NCBI GenBank assembly: GCA_964291415.2
Contig: OZ219920.1
Location: 1 to 64,000, forward strand
Direction of reading: 5' to 3'
DNA from: Alphaproteobacteria bacterium
Lineage (GTDB): Bacteria > Pseudomonadota > Alphaproteobacteria > SP197
DNA length: 64,000 bases
Shown here: positions 29,090-39,071 of the stretch, piece by piece
Layout of the letters: each line of letters opens with the position of its first letter
Position numbering within the stretch: position 1 is the first letter of the stretch
The notes under the pieces: generated by a model
Database searches by the model: none
Seen by the model: only the letters and a program-made list of their open reading frames with translations
Told to the model about the DNA's origin: nothing
Program-made: the position numbers and the translations under genes

Positions 29090-32000
29090 GAATGTTCCCC
29101 GGGTCCGGAAAGGGAGAGACTTGCAAGGGTCCGGTCGACCCACAGGCGGGTGAGCTTTTCCTGAACGCCGTTCTGCAGGAGGCGCTCACTCAAGCCGTCG
29201 AAGTCGACGCAATCCATCGGCTGGTCCTGATTGAAACACGAGAACACGGGCGGACGCTGTTCGCCTGTCCGTGGATCGACGTGCGGCTGCAGACACTGCG
29301 CACAGACTTCCTTCATCATGCACTGCATGGGGCTGTTGATGGAGGCGATGGCGACATGATCGCGCTTCATCCAGGGCTTGAGAGCGCCCGAGCGTGCCGC
29401 CTTGACGGCGGCCATCATGCGATCCGAGCCGATGGAGATGATGCGGTCGACATCGCCGAGATCGATGGGCCGTTCGCCGAGCCGCCCTTCCTGGTAGGCG
29501 ACGAGGGCCTCGACGACATTGCCGACGAAGCTGCGGTCCTGCGGCCGCGCCGCACGGTATCCCGGCGCCTCCTCGCAGGCCCAGATCACGGCATCCGCTG
29601 CAGCCTCGATCTCGTCGGTCTTGTAGCGGTCGACGACCTTGCGATAGCCGGCGCAATAGAGCACCCGTGAGCCGGCCCGGCGCATCGCCTGGCCGATGGA
29701 AAAGAGGACAGCGTTGCCGAGGCCTCCGCCCACCAGGAGAACCGTCCCGGCTGCGGGAATCTCTGTCGGGCTGCCGGTGGGGCCCATCAGGATGACCGGC
29801 TCGCCGGGCTCGAGATACCCCATCAGGTCGGAGGATCCGCCCATCTCGAGACCGATGATGCTGATCCTTGTCGCATCTGCCGAGATGCCCGCACCCGTCA
29901 TGGCCAGCGGTTCCATGGCCAGCAGCGTGCCGTCCCGGCCCCGCAGTGCGCAGGCCTCGAAGTTCTGCAGGCGATAGAACTGGCCCGGGCGGAAGGCTCT
30001 CGCGGCCTCCGGCGCCTCGACCTCGACCTCGATGATGGTGGGTGTCAGCCGGGTCACCCGGGTGACGCGGGCAATGAGCCGGGAGTCGAGGTCCTGGAAG
30101 AAGACCTCGCTGTCCTGGCGCGGGAGGCCGTCCAGCCCGCTCAGCATGTCCGAGATCACCGGCCACGCACGCTTCGCGCCACCGAGCGCCTTGACGACGT
30201 TCCCGGCAAAGCTCGGGTGGAGGTCGCCGTGATAGCTCACCCCCCGGCCTTCCCCGTCCGTGTGCATCAGGACCTGGGTCTGGTCCGGCTTGACGTTCGC
30301 TTCGGGCGTGACGGGCCTGCCGTCGCGGTCGAGCGCCTGGAAGAAGCGCCCGTCCATCGACACGATGTCCGATTCCCGCGCCAGGACAGTGTTCGGGCGG
30401 GTCCCGGCGGCCACCAGGAGGGTACGGGCCTCGAGCACGTGTTCTCCGCCACCGCTGTCCGAGAAGCGGACCCCGCTGACGTGGCGCTGCCGGTCGACCT
30501 CGACCGCAACCGGAACCATCTCCGGCGCCAGGCGAATTCCTTCCTGGAGGGCGAGCGCCACCTCCTCGTGGTTGAGACGGTAGCTCGGCGCCTCGCTCAG
30601 GTCGCGGCGGTAGGCGATGGTGACTCCGCCCCACGAATTGAGAAGGCCCAGAAGATCCGGCTCGCGGTTCTCCCTGGCCGCCTCCCCGCGCTCCAGGGCG
30701 ATTGCCCTCGCATGATCCATGAAGGTGTCGGCAATGACAGCCTCCTCCTCGCTCCACGATGCCCGCACATGCTCTTCACCGAGTTCGGAAACGAGGATCC
30801 GGTAGCGTTCGAGAAACCGCTCGACCTGGCGCGGGTAGTAGGCAAGAGCCTCGGTCGCCGTGTCGATGGCGGTCAGTCCGCCGCCGATGACGACGGCAGG
30901 AAGGCGCAGCTGGAGATTGGCGATCGACACCTGTCTGGCGGCGCCGGTCAGCTGCAGCGCCATGAGGAAATCTGAGGCCATGCGAACGCCCCGGGCGAGG
31001 GCGTTGGGCATGTCGATGAGTTGCGGACGTCCGGCTCCGGCGCAGTGCGCGATATGGTCAAAGCCCATGGCGAATGCGCTTTCGATGGTGACCGTGCCGC
31101 CGAAGCGCACACCGCCGTACATCCGGAACGACGAACGTCGTTCCAGCTGCAGGCGTATCAGCTTGAGGAAGTTCTTGTCCCAGCGCACCGTGATGCCGTA
31201 CTCGGCCACGCCGCCGAATCCCGCCATCACCCTGTCGTCGAGGGACTCGTGGAGTTCCGCGATGTCGCGAATGGGCCGGAATGCCCTCCGGTTGCCGAAG
31301 ATGTCGATGCCGGAGACATCGGGGTCGAGGGGTTCGATCTTGAGCCCGTCGATGGCCACGACCGTGTGGCCGTCGTTCTGCAGGTGATGGGCCAGGCTGA
31401 AGCCCGCGGGGCCTGTGCCCACCACCAGCACGCGGCGCCCGGACGGTGGGCGCGGCACGGGATGCGTCAGGTTGAGGGGGTTCCAGCGGGACAGCAGGCT
31501 GTAGATTTCGAACCCCCAGGACAGGGCCAGGACGTCCTTCAGCGTACGGGTCTCGACCTGCGGAATGTCGACAGGTTCCTGCTTCTGGTAGATGCAGGCC
31601 TTCATGCAGTCGTTGCAGATGCGATGGCCCGTGGCGGCGGCGAGTGGATTGTCGATCATGACGACGGCGAGAGCGGCAAGGCCGTGGCCCCGGGCCTTCA
31701 GCAGGTTCATTTCGCTGATCTTCTCGTCGAGAGGGCATCCGGCCAGGGGAATGCGGTGGGCCGAGGTGCGGAAGAACGTGCCCTGCTTTTCCAACAGACC
31801 CTTCGAACAGCTGTCCTTGCCCTGGTTGTGACAGAAGATGCAGTAGTTGGCGTGCGCCATTGCCTGCGCGAGATCCATGCCCTCATCGGTCAGCGCGAAA
31901 CCTTCCCTGGCGCGCAGGTCTTCAGGCGGGGCGGCAAGCATGGTGACGCCGTCCTTCACCTCGGTGACCACCGGCACCAGGCTGTCGGGATCCGTTCTCC

Positions 32001-32568
32001 GGGGCAGACGGAAGAGGGCACTCTTGCGATACCGCAGCATTCCGGCGCGCGAGCGGGTGGCCCACGCCGCGAATCGTTCCGCGCAGGCGATCTCGTCCGC
32101 GTGGTCCGATTCGTCCTCGAGCCAGCCGAGAACGGCCCGCGAGAATTGAAGCTCGTCGAAGTCCCCGCCGATCAGCGCCTCGACATCGCGCGTGAGGGCC
32201 TCGCCATCGATGGCATCGATGTCTTCTTCCAGCCGCACACGCGCGGCACGCCGGCGCACGAAGACAAGCTTGCACTGGTAGACCGGGTCGAGGTCGCGGC
32301 TCGCCGCGCGCTGACGATCGAGATCACCGGTCACCCGGAAGAGATCGGCGATGAAGTCCTCCACAAAGGGTCCAAGGTCGACGAGGAGGTCGGAGTGCTC
32401 CCTGTCGGAGAGGTCCCCGGGGGCCGCCCGGGCGCTCATCAACCGGTTGAAGAGAGGTACATCGTGGCGCTGCAACGCCACGCTGAAGGCGTGGTCGAGA
32501 CGCACGAGCCCTTCACGACTGTAGAGGTCGCTGAAGGCAAGCCCATGAGAGAGGGTTAGTTCGTTCAT
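29086..32568 (-). CDS. Large Fe-S flavoprotein: GltD/NfnB-like module fused to a PyrK/NfnA-like module
   Basis: YCIFCH..DSCS, GCPL, ICNDCMKAC, GTGPAG and GGGLTAIDTA motifs; then PGQFYRLQ, GPTG, GGGLG and PMQCMMKEVCAQC...FSC. Confidence 0.85.
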   Translation of the reverse strand: MNELTLSHGLAFSDLYSREGLVRLDHAFSVALQRHDVPLFNRLMSARAAPGDLSDREHSDLLVDLGPFVEDFIADLFRVTGDLDRQRAASRDLDPVYQCKLVFVRRRAARVRLEEDIDAIDGEALTRDVEALIGGDFDELQFSRAVLGWLEDESDHADEIACAERFAAWATRSRAGMLRYRKSALFRLPRRTDPDSLVPVVTEVKDGVTMLAAPPEDLRAREGFALTDEGMDLAQAMAHANYCIFCHNQGKDSCSKGLLEKQGTFFRTSAHRIPLAGCPLDEKISEMNLLKARGHGLAALAVVMIDNPLAAATGHRICNDCMKACIYQKQEPVDIPQVETRTLKDVLALSWGFEIYSLLSRWNPLNLTHPVPRPPSGRRVLVVGTGPAGFSLAHHLQNDGHTVVAIDGLKIEPLDPDVSGIDIFGNRRAFRPIRDIAELHESLDDRVMAGFGGVAEYGITVRWDKNFLKLIRLQLERRSSFRMYGGVRFGGTVTIESAFAMGFDHIAHCAGAGRPQLIDMPNALARGVRMASDFLMALQLTGAARQVSIANLQLRLPAVVIGGGLTAIDTATEALAYYPRQVERFLERYRILVSELGEEHVRASWSEEEAVIADTFMDHARAIALERGEAARENREPDLLGLLNSWGGVTIAYRRDLSEAPSYRLNHEEVALALQEGIRLAPEMVPVAVEVDRQRHVSGVRFSDSGGGEHVLEARTLLVAAGTRPNTVLARESDIVSMDGRFFQALDRDGRPVTPEANVKPDQTQVLMHTDGEGRGVSYHGDLHPSFAGNVVKALGGAKRAWPVISDMLSGLDGLPRQDSEVFFQDLDSRLIARVTRVTRLTPTIIEVEVEAPEAARAFRPGQFYRLQNFEACALRGRDGTLLAMEPLAMTGAGISADATRISIIGLEMGGSSDLMGYLEPGEPVILMGPTGSPTEIPAAGTVLLVGGGLGNAVLFSIGQAMRRAGSRVLYCAGYRKVVDRYKTDEIEAAADAVIWACEEAPGYRAARPQDRSFVGNVVEALVAYQEGRLGERPIDLGDVDRIISIGSDRMMAAVKAARSGALKPWMKRDHVAIASINSPMQCMMKEVCAQCLQPHVDPRTGEQRPPVFSCFNQDQPMDCVDFDGLSERLLQNGVQEKLTRLWVDRTLASLSLSGPGEHS

Positions 32569-32666
32569 CCGGGTCCGGCCGGCCGCAGTCGCATCACGAT
32601 GTAGAGAAACACGCGGGGAATGAAAAGGGGGGTCGAATGGAGGCCTGTATCCGAGGCGCCGCCAAG

Positions 32667-32695
32667 TTGCGATATCGGGGCCCGGTTGCTATCGT
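32667..32695 (+). promoter_or_regulatory. Putative sigma70 promoter of tdm
   Basis: TTGCGA-N17-TATCGT with an extended -10 TG, 30 bp upstream of the ATG. Confidence 0.45.
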
Positions 32696-32725
32696 TGTCG
32701 CTCATGCTGCACGACGGAGCTGACC

Positions 32726-35080
32726 ATGGCGGTGGTGATGGCCGAAGCGCGTGAACGTCCGCGCCTGTTGATTCCCGGCATCAGGAGGCTGCCGCCAGGC
32801 GTTGAACGCTACGTGGTGCCGGCCTCCGGCTCCGTGGTGGTCACGGTTCTTGCCGGTGACGCCCTGAAGATTGTCAACACCGAAGGCGGCCAGATGTGCG
32901 AAATCGTCGCCTTTGACAACGCGGCACGACTGGTTCCAGGCATTCTCGGCCGTCCCGATTCCGGTCCTGCTGTCGGCCTCGCTGCCATGTTGAGCGAGGA
33001 CGGCGAGGCGGCCCGGTCACTGCTCGACACGCTCGCACGCAAGGGGTGGACGTCACGCTTTGATCACGCAGTGCGCCTTTTCGGTCCCGGCACACCTGCC
33101 GGGGCAGACGAGGAGATCACCGTGGAAGAGGACGGATTCGTCATCATCGCCGCGCCCGGCGATCCCATGGAGGTCTCGGCACAGTGGCCGACGACACCTC
33201 TCGAACTCTTCGTCCACCGCAAGGATGCCGCCCTGGCGGCGGAGCGGAGCCTGCCCGATCCCCTTGCCGAGCCGCGCGACGAATTCCGCATCGGGCCCGG
33301 CACCGCCCGGGCCTACGAGGTGAAGGAGGGCGAGTACATCCAGGTCCTCGATGTCGAGGGACGCCAGTGTTCCGATTTCCAGGCCCTGTCGCTTGCAGGG
33401 CTTGACCGGGGACTGGAACGCGACATCGATCCGACCGCCACCCGCGTTTTCAATGGCGCCGCCTATCCCGCTCCAGGCCTCTTCTCCAAGCTTTTCGATG
33501 GCGACCTCCAGGGCTCGATCGAGATCATCCAGGACACGGTCGGCCGTCACGACAGCTTCAACTACGCCTGCACGGCGAAGTACTACGACGACGTCGGCTA
33601 TCCCGGCCACGTGAACTGCACCGACAACATGAACGCCTCGCTCGAGCCTTACGACGTGCGCCCGCGCAAGGGCTGGCAGGCGATGAATTTCTTCTACAAC
33701 TCGCTGGTCGACGACAGCTATCAGATCTATCTCGACGAGCCATGGTCACGCCCCGGTGACTACGTGCTGTGCCGCGCCCTGCAGGACGTCGTGTGCGTGA
33801 ACACCTCGTGTCCGGATGCCATCTCCTCCGCCAACGGCTGGAATCCCACGGATATCCTCATCCGCATCTATCCCGGGGACAATCTTTTCAGGAAGGCGAT
33901 CGCCAACAGACCCATGCCCGATTCCGACCCCCAGATGACCCGCGAGACAGGGTTCCACGGACGCACGGCCGCACGGACTCGCAACTTTACCGAATACAAC
34001 GGCTTCTGGCTGCCCACCCACTACACCAACCACGGTGCAGTCGACGAGTACTGGGCGTGCCGGGAACGTGTCACCGCCATGGATCTTTCTCCCCTGCGCA
34101 AGTTCGAGGTCACCGGACCCGATGCCGGCGAACTCATGCAGAGGACCCTGACACGCAACGTCAGGCGCATGGCTGATCACCATGTCGTCTATTCGGCGAT
34201 GTGCTACGACCACGGCGGCATGATCGACGACGGGACGCTGTTCCGCCTGTCGGAGACCGGCTATCGCTGGATCGGCGGCACGGACTTCGGCGGTGAATGG
34301 CTGCGCGCCAAGGCGAAGGAGTGGGGGTTGCGGGCGCTGGTGCGCAGTTCCACCGATCAACTGCACAACCTTGCCATTCAGGGGCCGCGCAGCCGCGACC
34401 TTCTGGGCGACATCATCTGGACGGCACCGGCAAACCCGCGTGTCGACGAGATCAACTGGTTCAGGTTCACCGTCGGCCGCATCGGCGACCACAACGGCGT
34501 GCCTGTGGTCGTGTCGCGGACGGGATACACCGGTGAGCTGGGTTACGAGGTGTGGTGCCATCCCCGGCACGCCGAAGAGGTCTGGGATGCCGTGTTCGAG
34601 GCCGGCGAGCCGCATGGCATCCTGCCCCTGGGTCTCGATGGCCTCGATCTCCTGCGCATCGAGGCGGGCCTGGTGTTCGCCGGTCAGGAATTCGATGACC
34701 AGACGGATCCCTTCGAGGCCGGGATCGGCTTCACCGTGGGGCTGAAGACGACGGAGGAGGACTTCGTCGGCCGTCAGGCTCTCGAGCGCCGCAAGGCCCA
34801 CCCCCAGCGCAAGCTTGTCGGGCTGGAACTCGAGGGCAACGAGGCAGCGGCCCACGGTGACTGCGTACGTGTGGCACGGGCGCAGGTGGGTGTTGTCACG
34901 AGCGGCATGCGGTCACCTTTGCTCAATCGCAACATCGCGTTGGCGCGCATGGATGTGAACCATGCTTCGATCGGTGACGAGGTCGAGGTGGGCAAGATGG
35001 ACGGACACCAGAAGCGCATTCCGGCCACCGTGGTGCCCTTCCCCTTCTATGATCCCAAGAAGGAACGCCCGCGGTCCTGA
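32726..35080 (+). CDS. tdm: Trimethylamine N-oxide demethylase (DUF1989 + GcvT)
   Basis: EGRQCSDF, GRHDSFNYAC, GHVNCTDN and SCPD metal ligands, followed by DLSPLRKFEV, DDGT, SRTGYTGELGYE and RIEAGL. Confidence 0.85.
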   Translation: MAVVMAEARERPRLLIPGIRRLPPGVERYVVPASGSVVVTVLAGDALKIVNTEGGQMCEIVAFDNAARLVPGILGRPDSGPAVGLAAMLSEDGEAARSLLDTLARKGWTSRFDHAVRLFGPGTPAGADEEITVEEDGFVIIAAPGDPMEVSAQWPTTPLELFVHRKDAALAAERSLPDPLAEPRDEFRIGPGTARAYEVKEGEYIQVLDVEGRQCSDFQALSLAGLDRGLERDIDPTATRVFNGAAYPAPGLFSKLFDGDLQGSIEIIQDTVGRHDSFNYACTAKYYDDVGYPGHVNCTDNMNASLEPYDVRPRKGWQAMNFFYNSLVDDSYQIYLDEPWSRPGDYVLCRALQDVVCVNTSCPDAISSANGWNPTDILIRIYPGDNLFRKAIANRPMPDSDPQMTRETGFHGRTAARTRNFTEYNGFWLPTHYTNHGAVDEYWACRERVTAMDLSPLRKFEVTGPDAGELMQRTLTRNVRRMADHHVVYSAMCYDHGGMIDDGTLFRLSETGYRWIGGTDFGGEWLRAKAKEWGLRALVRSSTDQLHNLAIQGPRSRDLLGDIIWTAPANPRVDEINWFRFTVGRIGDHNGVPVVVSRTGYTGELGYEVWCHPRHAEEVWDAVFEAGEPHGILPLGLDGLDLLRIEAGLVFAGQEFDDQTDPFEAGIGFTVGLKTTEEDFVGRQALERRKAHPQRKLVGLELEGNEAAAHGDCVRVARAQVGVVTSGMRSPLLNRNIALARMDVNHASIGDEVEVGKMDGHQKRIPATVVPFPFYDPKKERPRS

Positions 35081-35848
35081 TTACGGCATCACGGCACCGT
35101 CGACGAGTTCCTGGAGCCGCTCGAGGATCACCTCTTCGCTGACGTCCTTGCGGCCGAGATCCTGCCAGTCAGCGGCGTAGTCCGCTGCCTGCGGCGCCAT
35201 GGTCGTGGCGGCATGGATGTCCCATAGCCACAGGCGATGCGGGTCAATGCCCATGGCGTTGCGGTAGGACGCCGTAAAGGCGCGACAGGCCGCTGCGCCG
35301 TGTGTCCACACGAGGTTCGAACGGGCAATCGCGAGATCGGCAAGGGAATCGCCGATCATGGCGTCCTCCCAGTCGATCACTGCTGCCAGACCGCCGTCCT
35401 TCCACAAGACGTTGCCGGTCCAGAAATCACCGTGGAGCAGCCGTAGGGCGCCCGGCGCGCCAGGTGGCCAGTCGAGGTCAGCCGGCAGATCGAGAATGGT
35501 GGATGCCGGAACATCGGGCATGATCTGGCGCGGCACGAAGGGGAGTGCATCGCCGGGTGCGATTGCGTGCAGATCCGCAAGGAAACCGGCCATCGCCAGG
35601 GTGTGCTTCTCCGATGGATGCCAGAGCGGCTCACCGTCACGGTACTCCAGAAGCAGCCATGGTGTCGCGCAGGCAGAATCGTGAGCCAGCGCCCGCGGCA
35701 CCGGCAATCCGCGGTCCGCCAGGTGCGTCAGGAGGTGAAACTCCGCGTGGGCGGCATCGGGATTGGCGCGCAGGTTTGCCTGCCCGCACCGGCGCAGCAC
35801 GACGCGGGCCGGACGGCCGTCCGAGTCGACGATCTCAAGCAGTGACAT
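35081..35848 (-). CDS. Aminoglycoside phosphotransferase-family kinase
   Basis: LLHGDFWTGNVL and IDWED motifs. The frame stays open upstream (RPLEGGSSAT), so the true start may be earlier. Confidence 0.8.
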   Translation of the reverse strand: MSLLEIVDSDGRPARVVLRRCGQANLRANPDAAHAEFHLLTHLADRGLPVPRALAHDSACATPWLLLEYRDGEPLWHPSEKHTLAMAGFLADLHAIAPGDALPFVPRQIMPDVPASTILDLPADLDWPPGAPGALRLLHGDFWTGNVLWKDGGLAAVIDWEDAMIGDSLADLAIARSNLVWTHGAAACRAFTASYRNAMGIDPHRLWLWDIHAATTMAPQAADYAADWQDLGRKDVSEEVILERLQELVDGAVMP

Positions 35849-35966
35849 GGTGGCGGAACTGCCGCCCTCGAGAGGGCGGCAGTGTCGCAGTCTTGCCCCG
35901 GCATCGTACCGGCGGAGAATCTCGTCGACGGAAGGAACACTTGCGTCGACGGGGAAAGTGAAGGGA

Positions 35967-37370
35967 CTACTCGGCAGCGGCGCCGGCTTCCTCGAGCAGG
36001 CGATCCGCCAGCGCCTTCTTCTCGTCGGCGGACATCTTCTTCACCTCGTTGTCGATGGACCGGTGGTTGATCGACGTATTCCAGTAGTCGAGGGAATCGA
36101 AGCCGAGGAGCGCGTGCTTGCCGACAAACTGACGGAGAACCTCGTTGGTCGGTCCCATGACCCAGCCCGCCTTGGCGTCGCGCAGGAGTCGTTCCATGCC
36201 GAGACCAGCCTTGTAGGCGGTGCCGCCGCATGCGTGGAGCATCTTGTCCGAGACCTCGTGCACGTTCTTGGCCGCCTGGAACTTGACTTGCCAGAGCTGG
36301 TTCAGGAGATCGGCGCGGGGCACGGCTTCCAGGTTCCGGTGAATCGACCAGTCGCAGTTCCCGGTGAGTTCGTCGAGGGCCTTGGCAAGACCGAACGTCA
36401 TCATCCGGCTGGCGTTGGTGCCGATGATCGCCTCCCCGACGTAGTCCTGGATGGTGGGGTAGTCGCACACCCGCAAGCCGACGTCGACATGGCGCTTGCG
36501 GGTCGTGTGCCTCTTGGCGATATCGATCATGCCCATGGCAATGCCGTTCCAGGAGCACGACGAGTTCAGCAGGAAGAACGGGTCCACCGTCTCGTCGTTG
36601 GAGACCGCGCCGTCCCCCTTGGGGCCCACCAGGCGGTTCTTCGGGATGGTGACGCCGTCCACCAGGAGCGCTCCCGACTGGTTGCCGCGCATGCCCATGC
36701 CGTCCCAGCCGGCGACATCGGCCTCGACCTCGTCGGCCAGGATCAGCCACACGGAAAGATCCGAATAGTCACCACCGAAATCCGGAGACGTGGTCTGCAC
36801 GATGTACCAGTCGGCAAAGCCGCCCGATGTCGTCCAGGAGGCCTTCTTGGTGACCTTCCAGCCGTCCTCGGTCGCCTCGGCACCCGACGAGACCGGATAC
36901 CAGAAATGGGAGCCCGTCTCGGGATCGGAGTAGGACAGGGTTCCGACCAGCACGTCGCGGTCGAGACGCGACATGATGTCCCTGAGGGCGTCGTTGTCGT
37001 GGTAGCGGAAGAGGGCAGCCGAACACGCGCCATAGTGCATGGTGAGGCACATTGCTGTCGACGGACAGCCGTAGCGGGCCACGGTCTCCACGACCATGCA
37101 CATGGCGACATGGTTCTCGCCCATGCCGCCGAGTTCCTCGGGAACGAAAAGGCCGAGGAGACCCTTGGAGGCGAGGGCTTCGAAATTCTTGCGCGGGAAG
37201 ATGAAGCCGCGATCCGATTCGACGGCGTTCACCCTGAGCGTGGTCCGGCACAGTTCGATGAGATCCTTCTGGATCTCCCGCTGCCGTTCGGTCAGGAAGA
37301 ACTGCGGGTCGTACTCGTAGCCGATACCCCAGAACTCCTCGTCACCCCACTTCTTGACGTCATCGCTCAT
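35967..37370 (-). CDS. Acyl-CoA dehydrogenase family flavoprotein (atypical)
   Basis: GLFVPEELGGMG, SYSDPETGS, KASWTTSG, WDGMGMRGNQSG, GGTAY and ERLLRDAK motifs. Confidence 0.85.
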   Translation of the reverse strand: MSDDVKKWGDEEFWGIGYEYDPQFFLTERQREIQKDLIELCRTTLRVNAVESDRGFIFPRKNFEALASKGLLGLFVPEELGGMGENHVAMCMVVETVARYGCPSTAMCLTMHYGACSAALFRYHDNDALRDIMSRLDRDVLVGTLSYSDPETGSHFWYPVSSGAEATEDGWKVTKKASWTTSGGFADWYIVQTTSPDFGGDYSDLSVWLILADEVEADVAGWDGMGMRGNQSGALLVDGVTIPKNRLVGPKGDGAVSNDETVDPFFLLNSSCSWNGIAMGMIDIAKRHTTRKRHVDVGLRVCDYPTIQDYVGEAIIGTNASRMMTFGLAKALDELTGNCDWSIHRNLEAVPRADLLNQLWQVKFQAAKNVHEVSDKMLHACGGTAYKAGLGMERLLRDAKAGWVMGPTNEVLRQFVGKHALLGFDSLDYWNTSINHRSIDNEVKKMSADEKKALADRLLEEAGAAAE

Positions 37371-37539
37371 CACCTGCTCCCTGGACACGTGTGTATTGGC
37401 TCATTGGCTCCGTTTGCCGGGCAGAGGAATCTCTAGCATCCGGCACGACGTTCAACAACATGCTCTCGCCCTGCCTGCGCGGGGCTCGTTGAGACAGCAC
37501 GCAACGGTGTGTGCCCGCAACTCCACCCGTCAGGCTGCT

Positions 37540-38196
37540 CTAGTGCGGAATACGGGCCATGGCCATCGCCATGGTGCGTTCGATTTCCTCGATGGTGCCG
37601 GCCACCTCGCGGCCGATGAGATCGAGTTTGCGGACCTGGTCGATACGCGGTCGAAGGGAATCCATGCCGTGGTCCGAGAAAATGCTGCGCAGGATGGCGC
37701 AGGAGTCTGCGAGCGAGATGATCGCCACATCCCGGGGGTCGGGCACTTCGTCGGACAGCAGGACACCGGCGATGCGGTGCTTCACTTCACGCTGCAAAGT
37801 GCCGTCGATGGCCGGGTATCGGCGGGCCCGGAAGACCCACAGGAACTTCTTGTCCTGGACCTCGAGAATTCCCTGGTCGACAAGCCGGGCAAGTGCGGAT
37901 TCGCGCAGGTTCTCGGCTTCTTCACGGGCCAGGGTCTCGACCCAGTCGCGCGTGGTCCTGTCCTCGGCGGAACCGGCAATGCGGTCCAGGATGCGATCGA
38001 GCATCTCAATCCCCGGCGGCGTCCTGTCGATGAGCATGAGGCGCTCGGGGTCCGTGTCGATGCGGTAGATGAACGCGAGGTCGAGCAGGGCGGCACCGGC
38101 CAGCACATAGTCCATCGTGTTGTCACGGATGGGCAGGAACGAACCGTTCTCGTCATCCAGGGTGAGAAGGAGGATTTCCTCGATGAAGGTCAGCAT
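37540..38196 (-). CDS. GPP34 (GOLPH3/Vps74) family protein
   Basis: MLTFIEEILLLTLDD, LAGAALLDL, LARLVDQGIL and FLWVF..RRYP motifs. Confidence 0.85.
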   Translation of the reverse strand: MLTFIEEILLLTLDDENGSFLPIRDNTMDYVLAGAALLDLAFIYRIDTDPERLMLIDRTPPGIEMLDRILDRIAGSAEDRTTRDWVETLAREEAENLRESALARLVDQGILEVQDKKFLWVFRARRYPAIDGTLQREVKHRIAGVLLSDEVPDPRDVAIISLADSCAILRSIFSDHGMDSLRPRIDQVRKLDLIGREVAGTIEEIERTMAMAMARIPH

Positions 38197-38207
38197 CTCT
38201 CAATAGC

Positions 38208-38543
38208 TCAGGCGTTGGCCGCGAGCGCCTCGTCGCGGGAGTCGTAGCAATCGATGATCGTGTGGAATCCACCCATTTCGATGACCGACCTGCAGGATGG
38301 CTGCAGGGCAGCGATGGACAGCAGGCCACCAGCCTGCTTGCATCGTTTGGCTGCCAGGAGAAAGACACGAAGCCCGGCGCTGGAGATGTAGTTCATCTCG
38401 TTGCAGTCGAGCAGGATACGAACGGATCCATCGCGAATCCTGGAGGACAACTCGCCTTCCAGTTCAGGGGCGGAAGCACCATCCACTCGCCCGTTGATCG
38501 AAACGATGGTGACGCCGTTCTGGCTGTCGGAGGAAATGATCAT
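38208..38543 (-). CDS. STAS-domain anti-sigma factor antagonist
   Basis: GRVDGASA and YISSAGLRV with the phosphorylatable Ser. Confidence 0.9.
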   Translation of the reverse strand: MIISSDSQNGVTIVSINGRVDGASAPELEGELSSRIRDGSVRILLDCNEMNYISSAGLRVFLLAAKRCKQAGGLLSIAALQPSCRSVIEMGGFHTIIDCYDSRDEALAANA

Positions 38544-38692
38544 GTGTCGTTATCCCGGATCTCGTCGATGGCGAGAGAAACCTACCCTAGTCAATCTGTG
38601 TCTTGCAACCTGTCACCCGTGCCTCAGATCTCTGGATTCTTCGTTGCCGGAAGCGCATGATGACGCCGACGCGATGCGGACGGGAGTTGTGC

Positions 38693-39070
38693 ATGTCGAG
38701 GATCGGCACGTGGCTTTTCACAACGCTGAAGGGCGAGGCCGTGGGTGAGGACGAGTTCGGCAACCGCTACTATCAGGAACGGGGCGTGGCTGAAGGCCGG
38801 TGGCGGCGGCGCTGGGTGTACTATCGGGGTGCATCCGAGGCCTCCAGGGTGCCGCCCGGCTGGAATGCCTGGCTGCATCGCACCATCGACGAACCACCGA
38901 GCCGTGCCCCCCTCGAGACCAGGGAGTGGGAGAGGGAGCACCAGCCCAATCTCACCGGTACCGGGCAGGCCTGGTTGCCGAAGGGTCACCTTCTGCGCGG
39001 CGGCAGGCGGGCGTCGGCACGCGGTGACTACGAGGCATGGCGCCCGGAAGAAGAGTCCGGAACCTCCTGA
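38693..39070 (+). CDS. NDUFA12 family (complex I 17.2-kDa subunit homolog)
   Basis: VGEDEFGNRYY, RRWVYY, SRVPPGWNAWLH and PNLTGT motifs. Confidence 0.92.
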   Translation: MSRIGTWLFTTLKGEAVGEDEFGNRYYQERGVAEGRWRRRWVYYRGASEASRVPPGWNAWLHRTIDEPPSRAPLETREWEREHQPNLTGTGQAWLPKGHLLRGGRRASARGDYEAWRPEEESGTS

Positions 39071-39071
39071 C

